A stretch of DNA of 64,000 nucleotides from assembly GCA_009914755.4 (NCBI GenBank), contig CP086569.2, positions 60,896,001 through 60,960,000 on the forward strand. The letters run 5' to 3'. Source of the stretch: the human T2T-CHM13v2.0 reference genome, Homo sapiens. The position numbers and the translations under genes are program-made. The notes below the pieces were generated by a model that ran no database searches, was not told where the DNA came from, and saw nothing but the letters and a program-made list of their open reading frames with translations. Of this stretch, positions 42,721 through 57,006 are shown piece by piece. Every line of letters starts with the position of its first letter. The stretch's first letter is position 1.

Positions 42721-45700
42721 TCATTGAATGGAAAGGCTGGGTGTCGAAAGGAATTGACTCCAATGGAATGGAATCGAATGGAATGGAAGTGAATAGAATC
42801 GAACTAAATCGAATGGAATGGAATTGATAGGAACGGAATGGAAAGGAATGCAATGATTTGGCATGGAATGGAATCGAATGGCATCGAATGGAATGGAATG
42901 GAATGCAATGGAATGGAATGTATTAGAATGTAATGAACATTAATCGAATGTACTCGAATGGATTCGACTGGAATGGAATGTTCTGGAAGTGAATGGACTC
43001 CAATGGAATGGATTCCAAAGGAATGGAATCGTACGGAATGGAATCTAATGGAATGGAATTAAATGGAAATGAATCAAATTGAATAGCACGGAATTGAATT
43101 GAATGGAATGGAATGCAATGGAATCTAATGAAACGGAAAGGAAAGGAATGGAATGGAATGGAATGGGCTGGAATGGAAAGGAATCGAAACGAATGGAATG
43201 GAATCGAACTGAAGAGACTGGAATGGAATGCACTGGAATGGAAGGGAGTGTAATGGAAGGTTCTCGAAAAAAATGGAATCGAATGGAATGCAATTGAATG
43301 GAACGGAATAGAGTCGAATGGAATTGAATGGAATGGAATGGACTAGAGTGAAATGGAATCGAACCACAAGGAATGGACAGGAATAGAATGGTCTCGAATT
43401 GAATGGAATCGTATGGAATGGCATCAAACGGAATGGAATGGACAGCCACGGAATGGAATGCACTCGAATGCAATGGAGTCGAAACTAATGGACTGGAATA
43501 GAATGGACTCGACTGGTACGGACTCCAATGGAATGGAATCGAATGGAAGGGAATCGAACGGAAGGGAATCGAACGGAATGGACTCGAAGGGAAAAGACTG
43601 CAATGGAAAGGTCTCGAATGGAATGGAAATTAATGGAATGGAATGGAATCGAATGAAATAGAGTCAAAAGGAATGGAATCGAATGGCAAGAAATCGAATG
43701 TAATGGAATCGCAAGGAATTGATGTGAACGGAACGGAATGGAATGGAATCCAAAGGAATGGAATAGAATGGAATGGAATCGAATGGAAAGGACTCGAATG
43801 GAAATCACTCGAATAGAATGCAATTTAATAAAATAGGATCAAATGTAATGGAATGGAATGGAAAGGAATCGAAACGAAAGGAATGGAGACAGATGGAATG
43901 GAATGGAACAGAGAGCAATGGTATAGAACGGAATGGAATCATCTGGAATGGAATTGAATGGAAAGGAATAATATGAAATGGAAAGGAATGGAATGGAATG
44001 CCCTTGAATTAAATGGACTGCAATGGAATGGACTCGAACAGAGTGGAATGGAAAGTGTTGAAATAGAATGGAATTGACTCGTTTGGAATGGTCTAGTATG
44101 CAATGCAATCGACTGGCAGGGAATCAAAAGGAATGTAATCGAATGGATTGGACTGGAATGCAATGGACTCGAATAGATTGGAAACGGAATGCAAAGGAAT
44201 GGAATGGAATAGTATGGAATGGAATGGAAAGGAATGGAGTGGAATAGACTAGAGTGGAATGGAATGGACTCGAAAGCAATGGACTGGAATGGAACTTTCT
44301 TGAATGGACTGGAACCAAACGGAATGGAATGCAATGCAATCAAATGGCATGGAATAAGATAGAATGAAAGAGAATCAAATGGAATTGAATCGAATGGAAT
44401 CGAATGGATTGGAAAGGAATAGAATGGAATGGAATGGAATTGACTCAAATGGAATGGACTAGAATGGAATGGATTCGAATGGAAGGCAAAGGAATGGAAT
44501 CTATCGGAATGGACTGTAATGGAATGGAATGGAAGGGATTGGAATGGATTCGAATGGAATGGACTGCAATAGAAAGGATTCGAATGGAATGAAAAAGAAT
44601 TGAATGGAATAGAACAGAATGGAATCAAATCGAATGAAATGGAATGGAATAGAAAGGAATGGAATGAAATGGAATGGAAAGGATTCGAATGGAATGCAAT
44701 CGAATGGAATGGAATCGAACGGAATGGAATAAAATGGAAGAAAACTGGCAAGAAATGGAATCGAAATGAATGGAGTGTTATGGAACGGACTCAAAAGGAA
44801 TTGAATGTAATAGAATGGAGTGGAGTGGACTCGAATATAATGGACTGGAATGGAATGAAATCACATGGAATGGGAACGAATGGAATGGAATGGAAAGGAA
44901 TGGAATCGAATGGAAAGGAATCGAATGGAAGGGAATGAAATTGAATCAACAGGAATGGAAGGGAATAGAATAGACGGTAATGGAATGGACTCGAATAGAA
45001 TGGACACGAATGCTCAAATTGAATGGACTCGAATGGAATGGAAACGAAAGGAATGTCATCGAATGGAATTGAATGGATTGGAATGAAATCGCATAGAATG
45101 GAGTGGAATCAAATGGAATTGAATCGAAAGGAAAGGAAGCGAATGGACTGAAATGAAATGGAATGGAATTGAATGGAAAGTAATGCAATGGAATAGAATG
45201 GAACGAAATTTCACGGAATGGAATCAAACTGAATGGAATCAAATCAATGGAATCAAATCAAATGGAATGGAAAGGAATTGAATGGAGTAGATTGGATTGG
45301 ATGTGATTGGAATGAAATGTACTGGAAAGGACTCGAATTTCATGAAACGGAATGGAATGAATTAGAACGGAATGGACTCGAATGGAATGGAATGTCATGG
45401 AATGGCATCAAATGGAATGGTATCAAATGGAATGGAATCGAATGCAATGGAATGCTATGGAATGGAATGGAATGCATTGGAATGGAATGTCCTCTAATGG
45501 AATGGATTCGAGTGGAATGGAATCGAATATAATGGAGTCGAATGAAATGGAATTGAAAGGAATGGGATCGAATACAATGGAATATACTGGAATGTAATGT
45601 AATGAACTCGAATGTAATTGACTGGAATGGAATGTACATGAATGGAATGTAATCGAATGGAAAGTAATCCAATGGAATAGAATCTAATGCAATAAAATCG

Positions 45701-46299
45701 ACTCAGATAGAGTAGAATGTAATGGAATGGAGTGCAGTGCAATGGAATGGAATGGAATGGAATGCAATGGAATGGAATGGAATGGAATGGAATGGAATGG
45801 AATGGAATGGAATGGGATGGAATGGTGTGGAATGGATAGTAATGGACTGGAGTGAAATGGACTGGAAAGGAATGGACTCAAATTGAAAGGGCTCGAAAGG
45901 AATGGAGTCAAATGGAATGGTCTGGAATGGAATGAACACGAATGTAATGCAACCCAATAGAATGGAATCGAATGGCATGGAATATAAAGAAATGGAATCG
46001 AAGAGAATGGAAGCAAATCGAATGGAATTGAATGGAATGGAATTGAATGGAATGGGAACGAATGGAGTGAAATTGTATGCAGTAGAAGAGAATAGAATGG
46101 AATGCAAGCGAAAGGAAAGGAATGGATTGCAATGGAATGGAATTCATTGGAATGGAAGGGAATGTAGTGTAATGGACAGGCCTGGAATAAAGTGGAATGC
46201 TACGGTCTCGAATGGAATAAAAATGTATGGAATGGAATGCAATGAAACGGAATCGAATGTCATAGAATGTAATGGAATGCAAAAAAATGGAATCCAAAA
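42721..46299. repeat. HOR unit 13 (3579 bp) with a 15-bp duplication
   Basis: Anchor at 42721 and 46300. 'ggaagggaatcgaacggaagggaatcgaacgg' tandem duplication at ~43541-43575. Confidence 0.85.
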
Positions 46300-49200
46300 T
46301 CATTGACTGGAAATGCTGGGTGTCGAAAGGAATTGACTCCAATGGAATGGAATCGAATGGAATGGAAGTGAATAGAATCGAACTAAATCGAATGGAATGG
46401 AATTGATAGGAACGGAATGGAAAGGAATGCAATGATTTGGCATGGAATGGAATCGAATGGCATCAAATGGAATGGAATGGAATGCAATGGAATGGAATGT
46501 ATTAGAATGTAATGAACATTAATGGAATGTACTCGAATGGATTCGACTGGAATGGAATGTTCTGGAAGTGAATGGACTCCAATGGAATGGATTCAAAAGG
46601 AATGGAATCGTACGGAATGGAATCTAATGGAATGGAATTAAATGGAAATGAATCAAATTGAATAGCACGGAATTGAATTGAATGGAATGGAATGCAATGG
46701 AATCTAATGAAACGGAAAGGAAAGGAATGGAATGGAATGGAATGGGCTGGAATGGAAAGGAATCGAAACGAATGGAATGGAATCGAACTGAAGAGACTGG
46801 AATGGAATGCACTGGAATGGAAGGGAGTGTAATGGAAGGTTCTCGAAAAAAATGGAATCGAATGGAATGGAATTGAATGGAACGGAATAGAGTCGAATGG
46901 AATTGAATGGAATGGAATGGACTAGAGTAAAATGGAATTGAACCACAAGGAATGGACAGGAATAGAATGGTCTCGAATTGAATGGAATCGTATGGAATGG
47001 CATCAAACGGAATGGAATGGACAGCCACGGAATGGAATGCACTCGAATGCAATGGAGTCGAAACTAATGGACTGGAATAGAATGGACTCGACTGGTACGG
47101 ACTCCAATGGAATGGAATCGAATGGAAGGGAATCGAACGGAAGGGAATCGAACGGAATGGACTCGAAGGGAAAAGACTGTAATGGAAAGGTCTCGAATGG
47201 AATGGAAATTAATGGAATGGAATGGAATCGAATGAAATGGAGTCAAAAGGAATGGAATCGAATGGCAAGAAATCGAATGTAATGGAATCGCCAGGAATTG
47301 ATGTGAACGGAACGGAATGGAATGGAATCCAAAGGAATGGAATAGAATGGAATGGAATCGAATGGAAAGGACTCGAATGGAAATCACTCGAATAGAATGC
47401 AATTTAATAAAATAGGATCAAATGTAATGGAATGGAATGGAAAGGAATCGAAACGAAAGGAATGGAGACAGATGGAATGGAATGGAACAGAGAGCAATGG
47501 TATAGAATGGAATGGAATCATCTGGAATGGAATTGAATGGAATGGAATAATATGAAATGGAATGGAATGGAATAGAATGGAATGCCCTTGAATTAAATGG
47601 ACTGGAATGGAATGGACTCAAACAGAGTGGAATGGAAAGTGTGGAGATAGAATGGAATGAACTCCTTTGGAATGCTGTAGTATGCAATGCAATCGACTGG
47701 CAGGGAATCAAAAGGAATGTAATCGAATGGATTGGACTGGAATGCAATGGACTCGAATAGATTGGAAACGGAATGCAAAGGAATGGAATGGAATAGTATG
47801 GAATGCAATGGAAGGGAATGGAGTGGAATAGACTAGAGTGGAATGGAATGGACTGGAAAGCAATGGACTGGAATGGAACTTTCTTGGATGGACTGGAATC
47901 AAACGGAATGGAATACAATGCAATCAAATGGCATGGAATAAAATAGAATGAAAGAGAATCAAATGGAATTGAATCGAATGGAATCGAATGGATTGGAAAG
48001 GAATAGAATGGAATGGAATGGAATTGACTCAAATGGAATGGACTAGAATGGAATGGATTCGAATGGAAGGCAAAGGAATGGAATCTATTGGAATGGACTG
48101 TAATGGAATGGAATGGAAGGGATTGGAATGGACTCGAATGGAATGGACTGCAATAGAAAGGATTCGAATGGAATGAAAAAGAATTGAATGGAATAGAACA
48201 GAATGGAATCAAATCGAATGAAATGGAATGGAATAGAAAGGAATGGAATGAAATGGAATGGAAAGGATTCGAATGGAATGCAATCGAATGGAATGGAATC
48301 GAACGGAATGGAATAAAATGGAAGAAAACTGGCAAGAAATGGAATCGAAATGAATGGAGTGTTATGGAACGGACTCAAAAGGAATTGAATGTAATAGAAT
48401 GGAGTGGAGTGGACTCGAATATAATGGACTGGAATGGAATGAAATCACAAGGAATGGGAACGAAAGGAATGGAATGGAAAGGAATGGAATCGAATGGAAA
48501 GGAATCGAATGGAAGGGAATGAAATTGAATCAACAGGAATGGAAGGGAATAGAATAGACGGTAATGGAATGGACTCGAATAGAATGGACACGAATGCTCA
48601 AATTAAATGGACTCGAATGGAATGGAAACGAAAGGAATGTCATCGAATGGAATTGAATCGATTGGAATGAAATCGCATAGAATGGAGTGGAATCAAATGG
48701 AATTGAATCGAAAGGAAAGGAAGCGAATGGACTGAAATGAAATGGAATGGAATTGAATGGAAAGTAATGCAATGGAATAGAATGGAACGAAATTTCACGG
48801 AATGGAATCAAACTGAATGGAATCAAATCAATGGAATCAAATCAAATGGAATGGAAAGGAATTGAATGGAGTAGATTGGATTGGATGGGATTGGAATGAA
48901 ATGTACTGGAAAGGACTCGAATTTCATGAAACGGAATGGAATGAATTGGAACGGAATGGACTCGAATGGAATGGAATGTCATGGAATGGCATCAAATGGA
49001 ATGGCATCAAATGGAATGGAATCGAATGCAATGGAATGCTATGGAATGGAATGGAATGCATTGGAATGGAATGTCCTCTAATGGAATGGATTCGAGTGGA
49101 ATGGAATCGAATATAATGGAGTCGAATGAAATGGAATTGAAAGGAATGGGATCGAATACAATGGAATATACTGGAATGTAATGTAATGAACTCGAATGTA

Positions 49201-49908
49201 ATTGACTGGAATGGAATGTACATGAATGGAATGTAATCGAATGGAAAGTAATCCAATGGAATAGAATCTAATGCAATAAAATCGACTCAGATAGAGTAGA
49301 ATGTAATGGAATGGAGTGCAGTGCAATGGAATGGAATGGAATGGAATGCAATTGAATGGAATGGAATGGAATGGAATGGAATGGAATGGAATGGGATGGA
49401 ATGGTATGGAATGGAATGGAATGGGATGGAATGGTATGGAATGGATAGTAATGGACTGGAGTGAAATGGACTGGAAAGGAATGGACTCAAATTGAAAGGT
49501 TTCAAAAGGAATGGAGTCAAATGGAATGGTCTGGAATGGAATGAACACGAATGTAATGCAATCCAACAGAATGGAATCGAATGGCATGGAATATAAAGAA
49601 ATGGATTCGAAGAGAATGGAAACAAATGGAATGGAATTGAATGGAATGGAATTGAATGGAATGGGAACGAATGGAGTGAAATTGTATGCAATAGAAGGGA
49701 ATAGAATGGAATGCAAGCGAAAGGAAAGGAATGGATTGGAATGGAATGGAATTCATTGGAATGGAAGGGAATGTAGTGTAATGGACAGGCCTGGAATAAA
49801 GTGGAATGCTACGGTCTCGAATGGAATAAAAATGTATGGAATGGAATGCAATGAAATGGAATCGAATGTCATAGAATGTAATGGAATGCAACAAAATGGA
49901 ATCCAAAA
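46300..49908. repeat. HOR unit 14 (3609 bp, longest) with a 15-bp and a ~30-bp duplication
   Basis: Anchor at 46300 and 49909. The same 15-bp duplication as unit 13 at ~47131-47160. Additional tandem duplication 'ggaatgggatggaatggtatggaatgg' ×2 at ~49381-49440. Confidence 0.85.
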
Positions 49909-52900
49909 TCATTGACTGGAAAGGCTGGGTGTCGAAAGGAATTGACTCCAATGGAATGGAATCGAATGGAATGGAAGTGAATAGAATCGAACTAAATCGA
50001 ATGGAATGGAATTGATAGGAACGGAATGGAAAGGAATGCAATGATTTGGCTTGGAATGGAATCGAATGGCATCGAATGGAATGGAATGGAATGCAATGGA
50101 ATGGAATGTATTAGAATGTAATGAACTTTAATGGAATGTACTCGAATGGATTCGACTGGAATGGAATGTTCTGGAAGTGAATGGACTCCAATGGAATGGA
50201 TTCAAAAGGAATGGAATCGTACGGAATGGAATCTAATGGAGTGGAATTAAATGGAAATGAATCAAATTGAATAGCACGGAATTGAATTGAATGGAATGGA
50301 ATGCAATGGAATCTAATGAAACGGAAAGAAAAGGAATGGAATGGAATGGAATGGACTGGAATGGAAAGGAATCGAAACGAATGGAATGGAATCGAACTGA
50401 AGAGACTGGAATGGAATGCACTGGAATGGAAGGGAGTGTAATGGAAGGTTCTCGAAAAAAATGGAATCGAATGGAATGGAATTGAATGGAACGGAATAGA
50501 GTCGAATGGAATTGAATGGAATGGAATGGACTAGAGTGAAATGGAATCGAACCACAAGGAATGGACAGGAATAGAATGGTCTCGAATTGAATGGAATCGT
50601 ATGGAATGGCATCAAACGGAATGGAATGGACAGCCACGGAATGGAATGCACTCGAATGCAATGGAGTCGAAACTAATGGACTGGAATAGAATGGACTCGA
50701 CTGGTACGGACTCCAATGGAATGGAATCGAATGGAAGGGAATCGAACGGAATGGACTCGAAGGGAAAAGACTGCAATGGAAAGGTCTCGAATGGAATGGA
50801 AATTAATGGAATGGAATGGAATCGAATGAAATGGAGTCAAAAGGAATGGAATCGAATGGCAAGAAATCGAATGTAATGGAATCGCAAGGAATTGATGTGA
50901 ACGGAACGGAATGGAATGGAATCCAAAGGAATGGAATAGAATGGAATGGAATCGAATGGAAAGGACTCGAATGGAAATCACTCGAATAGAATGCAATTTA
51001 ATAAAATAGGATCAAATGTAATGGAATGGAATGGAAAGGAATCGAAACGAAAGGAATGGAGACAGATGGAATGGAATGGAACAGAGAGCAATGGTATAGA
51101 ATGGAATGGAATCATCTGGAATGGAATTGAATGGAATGGAATAATATGAAATGGAATGGAATGGAATGGAATGGAATGCCCTTGAATTAAATGGACTGGA
51201 ATGGAATGGACTCGAACAGAGTGGAATGGAAAGTGTTGAGATAGAATGGAATGGACTCCTTTGGAATGGTGTAGTATGCAATGCAATCGACTGGCAGGGA
51301 ATCAAAAGGAATGTAATCGAATGGATTGGACTGGAATGCAATGGACTCGAATAGATTGGAAACGGAATGCAAAGGAATGGAATGGAATAGTATGGAATGG
51401 AATGGAAAGGAATGGAGTGGAATAGACTAGAGTGGAATGGAATGGACTGGAAAGCAATGGACTGGAATGGAACTTTCTTGAATGGACTGGAATCAAACGG
51501 AATGGAATGCAATGCAATCAAATGGCATGGAATAAAATAGAATGAAAGAGAATCAAATGGAATTGAATCGAATGGAATCGAATGGATTGGAAAGGAATAG
51601 AATGGAATGGAATGGAATTGACTCAAATGGAATGGACTAGAATGGAATGGATTCGAATGGAAGGCAAAGGAATGGAATCTATTGGAATGGACTGTAATGG
51701 AATGGAATGGAAGGGATTGGAATGGACTCGAATGGAATGGACTGCAATAGAAAGGATTCGAATGGAATGAAAAAGAATTGAATGGAATAGAACAGAATGG
51801 AATCAAATCGAATGAAATGGAATGGAATAGAAAGGAATGGAATGAAATGGAATGGAAAGGATTCGAATGGAATGCAATCGAATGGAATGGAATCGAACGG
51901 AATGGAATAAAATGGAAGAAAACTGGCAAGAAATGGAATCGAAATGAATGGAGTGTTATGGAACGGACTCAAAAGGAATTGAATGTAATAGAATGGAGTG
52001 GAGTGGACTCGAATATAATGGACTGGAATGGAATGAAATCACATGGAATGGGAACGAATGGAATGGAATGGAAAGGAATGGAATCGAATGGAAAGGAATC
52101 GAATGGAAGGGAATGAAATTGAATCAACAGGAATGGAAGGGAATAGAATAGACGGTAATGGAATGGATTCGAATAGAATGGACACGAATGCTCAAATTGA
52201 ATGGACTCGAATGGAATGGAAACGAAAGGAATGTCATCGAATGGAATTGAATCGATTGGAATGAAATCGCATAGAATGGAGTGGAATCAAATGGAATTGA
52301 ATCGAAAGGAAAGGAAGCGAATGGACTGAAATGAAATGGAATGGAATTGAATGGAAAGTAATGCAATGGAATAGAATGGAACGAAATTTCACAGAATGGA
52401 ATCAAACTGAATGGAATCAAACCAATGGAATCAAATCAAATGGAATGGAAAGGAATTGAATGGAGTAGATTGGATTGGATGGGATTGGAATGAAATGTAC
52501 TGGAAAGGACTAGAATTTCATGAAACGGAATGGAATGAATTGGAACGGAACGGACTCGAATGGAATGGAATGTCATGGAATGGCATCAAATGGAATGGCA
52601 TCAAATGGAATGGAATCGAATGCAATGGAATGCTATGGAATGGAATGGAATGCATTGGAATGGAATGTCCTCTAATGGAATGGATTCGAGTGGAATGGAA
52701 TCGAATATAATGGAGTCGAATGAAATGGAATTGAAAGGAATGGGATCGAATACAATGGAATATACTGGAATGTAATGTAATGAACTCGAATGTAATTGAC
52801 TGGAATGGAATGTACATGAATGGAATGTAATCGAATGGAAAGTAATCCAATGGAATAGAATCTAATGCAATAAAATCGACTCAGATAGAGTAGAATGTAA

Positions 52901-53463
52901 TGGAATGGAGTGCAGTGCAATGGAATGGAATGGAATGGAATGCAATGGAATGGAATGGAATGGAATGGAATGGAATGGGATGGAATGGTGTGGAATGGAT
53001 AGTAATGGACTGGAGTGAAATGGACTGGAAAGGAATGGACTCAAATTGAAAGGGCTCGAAAGGAATGGAGTCAAATGGAATGGTCTGGAATGGAATGAAC
53101 ACGAATGTAATGCAATCCAATAGAATGGAATCGAATGGCGTGGAATAAAAAGAAATGGAATCGAAGAGAATGGAAACAAATGGAATGGAATTGAATGGAA
53201 TGGAATTGAATGGAATGGGAACGAATGGAGTGAAATTGTATGCAGTAGAAGGGAATAGAATGGAATGCAAGCGAAAGGAAAGGAATGGATTGGAATGGAA
53301 TGGAATTCATTGGAATGGAAGGGAATGTAGTGTAATGGACAGGCCTGGAATAAAGTGGAATGCTACGGTCTCGAATGGAATAAAAATGTATGGAATGGAA
53401 TGCAATGAAACGGAATCGAATGTCATAGAATGTAATGGAATGCAAAAAAATGGAATCCAAAAT
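49909..53463. repeat. HOR unit 15 (3555 bp)
   Basis: Anchor at 49909 and 53464. Shares the 'ggaatggactgg' (MDWNG) variant with unit 5 (~50345). Shorter pure (GGAAT)n tract ~52921-52990. Confidence 0.85.
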
Positions 53464-56400
53464 CATTGACTGGAAAGGCTGGGTGTCGAAAGGAATTGAC
53501 TCCAATGGAATGGAATCGAATGGAATGGAAGTGAATAGAATCGAACTAAATCGAATGGAATGGAATTGATAGGAACGGAATGGAAAGGAATGCAATGATT
53601 TGGCATGGAATGGAATCGAATGGCATCGAATGGAATGGAATGGAATGCAATGGAATGGAATGTATTAGAATGTAATGAACTTTAATGGAATGTACTCGAA
53701 TGGATTCGACTGGAATGGAATGTTCTGGAAGTGAATGGACTCCAATGGAATGGATTCAAAAGGAATGGAATCGTACGGAATGGAATCTAATGGAATGGAA
53801 TTAAATGGAAATGAATCAAATTGAATAGCACGGAATTGAATTGAATGGAATGGAATGCAATGGAATCTAATGAAACGGAAAGGAAAGGAATGGAATGGAA
53901 TGGAATGGGCTGGAATGGAAAGGAATCGAAACGAATGGAATGGAATCGAACTGAAGAGACTGGAATGGAATGCACTGGAATGGAAGGGAGTGTAATGGAA
54001 GGTTCTCGAAAAAAATGGAATCGAATGGAATGGAATTGAATGGAACGGAATAGAGTCGAATGGAATTGAATGGAATGGAATGGACTAGAGTGAAATGGAA
54101 TCGAACCACAAGGAATGGACAGGAATAGAATGGTCTCGAATTGAATGGAATCGTATGGAATGGCATCAAACGGAATGGAATGGACAGCCACGGAATGGAA
54201 TGCACTCGAATGCAATGGAGTCGAAACTAATGGACTGGAATAGAATGGACTCGACTGGTACGGACTCCAATGGAATGGAATCGAATGGAAGGGAATCGAA
54301 CGGAATGGACTCGAAGGGAAAAGACTGCAATGGAAAGGTCTCGAATGGAATGGAAATTAATGGAATGGAATGGAATCGAATGAAATGGAGTCAAAAGGAA
54401 TGGAATCGAATGGCAAGAAATCGAATGTAATGGAATCGCAAGGAATTGATGTGAACGGAACGGAATGGAATGGAATCCAAAGGAATGGAATAGAATGGAA
54501 TGGAATCGAATGGAAAGGACTCGAATGGAAATCACTCGAATAGAATGCAATTTAATAAAATAGGATCAAATGTAATGGAATGGAATGGAAAGGAATCGAA
54601 ACGAAAGGAATGGAGACAGATGGAATGGAATGGAACAGAGAGCAATGGTATAGAATGGAATGGAATCATCTGGAATGGAATTGAATGGAATGGAATAATA
54701 TGAAATGGAATGGAATGGAATGGAATGGAATGCCCTTGAATTAAATGGACTGGAATGGAATGGACTCGAACAGAGTGGAATGGAAAGTGTTGAGATAGAA
54801 TGGAATGGACTCCTTTGGAATGGTGTAGTATGCAATGCAATCGACTGGCAGGGAATCAAAAGGAATGTAATGGAATGGATTGGACTGGAATGCAATGGAC
54901 TCGAATAGATTGGAAACGGAATGCAAAGGAATGGAATGGAATAGTATGGAATGGAATGGAAAGGAATGGAGTGGAATAGACTAGAGTGGAATGGAATGGA
55001 CTGGAAAGCAATGGACTGGAATGGAACTTTCTTGAATGGACTGGAATCAAACGGAATGGAATGCAATGCAATCAAATGGCATGGAATAAAATAGAATGAA
55101 AGAGAATCAAATGGAATTGAATCGAATGGAATCGAATGGATTGGAAAGGAATAGAATGGAATGGAATGGAATTGACTCAAATGGAATGGACTAGAATGGA
55201 ATGGATTCGAATGGAAGGCAAAGGAATGGAATCTATTGGAATGGACTGTAATGGAATGGAATGGAAGGGATTGGAATGGACTCGAATGGAATGGACTGCA
55301 ATAGAAAGGATTCGAATGGAATGAAAAAGAATTGAATGGAATAGAACAGAATGGAATCAAATCGAATGAAATGGAATGGAATAGAAAGGAATGGAATGAA
55401 ATGGAATGGAAAGGATTCGAATGGAATGCAATCGAATGGAATGGAATCGAACGGAATGGAATAAAATGGAAGAAAACTGGCAAGAAATGGAATCGAAATG
55501 AATGGAGTGTTATGGAACGGACTCAAAAGGAATTGAATGTAATAGAATGGAGTGGAGTGGACTCGAATATAATGGACTGGAATGGAATGAAATCACATGG
55601 AATGGGAACGAATGGAATGGAATGGAAAGGAATGGAATCGAATGGAAAGGAATCGAATGGAAGGGAATGAAATTGAATCAACAGGAATGGAAGGGAATAG
55701 AATAGACGGTAATGGAATGGACTCGAATAGAATGGACACGAATGCTCAAATTGAATGGACTCGAATGGAATGGAAACGAAAGGAATGTCATCGAATGGAA
55801 TTGAATCGATTGGAATGAAATCGCATAGAATGGAGTGGAATCAAATGGAATTGAATCGAAAGGAAAGGAAGCGAATGGACTGAAATGAAATGGAATGGAA
55901 TTGAATGGAAAGTAATGCAATGGAATAGAATGGAACGAAATTTCACGGAATGGAATCAAACTGAATGGAATCAAATCAATGGAATCCAATCAAATGGAAT
56001 GGAGTAGATTGGATTGGATGGGATTGGAATGAAATGTACTGGAAAGGACTCGAATTTCATGAAACGGAATGGAATGAATTGGAACGGAATGGACTCGAAT
56101 GGAATGGAATGTCATAGAATGGCATCAAATGGAATGGCATCAAATGGAATGGAATAGAATGCAATGGAATGCTATGGAATGGAATGGAATGCATTGGAAT
56201 GGAATGTCCTCTAATGGAATGGATTCGAGTGGAATGGAATCGAATATAATGGAGTCGAATGAAATGGAATTGAAAGGAATGGGATCGAATACAATGGAAT
56301 ATACTGGAATGTAATGTAATGAACTCGAATGTAATTGACTGGAATGGAATGTACATGAATGGAATGTAATCGAATGGAAAGTAATCCAATGGAATAGAAT

Positions 56401-57006
56401 CTAATGCAATAAAATCGACTCAGATAGAGTAGAATGTAATGGAATGGAGTGCAGTGCAATGGAATGGAATGGAATGGAATGCAATGGAATGGAATGGAAT
56501 GGAATGGAATGGAATGGAATGGGATGGAATGGTATGGAATGGATAGTAATGGACTGGAGTGAAATGGACTGGAAAGGAATGGACTCAAATTGAAAGGGCT
56601 CGAAAGGAATGGAGTCAAATGGAATGGTCTGGAATGGAATGAACACGAATGTAATGCAATCCAATAGAATGGAATCGAATGGCATGGAATAAAAAGAAAT
56701 GGAATCGAAGAGAATGGAAACAAATGGAATGGAATTGAATGGAATGGAATTGAATGGAATGGGAACGAATGGAGTGAAATTGTATGCAGTAGAAGGGAAT
56801 AGAATGGAATGCAAGCGAAAGGAAAGGAATGGATTGGAATGGAATGGAATTCATTGGAATGGAAGGGAATGTAGTGTAATGGACAGGCCTGGAATAAAGT
56901 GGAATGCTACGGTCTCGAATGGAATAAAAATGTATGGAATGGAATGCAATGAAACGGAATCGAATGTCATAGAATGTAATGGAATGCAAAAAAATGGAAT
57001 CCAAAA
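53464..57006. repeat. HOR unit 16 (3543 bp, shortest) with a 15-bp deletion
   Basis: Anchor at 53464 and 57007. Same 'aatccaatcaaatggaatggagtag' 15-bp deletion as units 10 and 11, at ~55981-56010. Confidence 0.85.
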
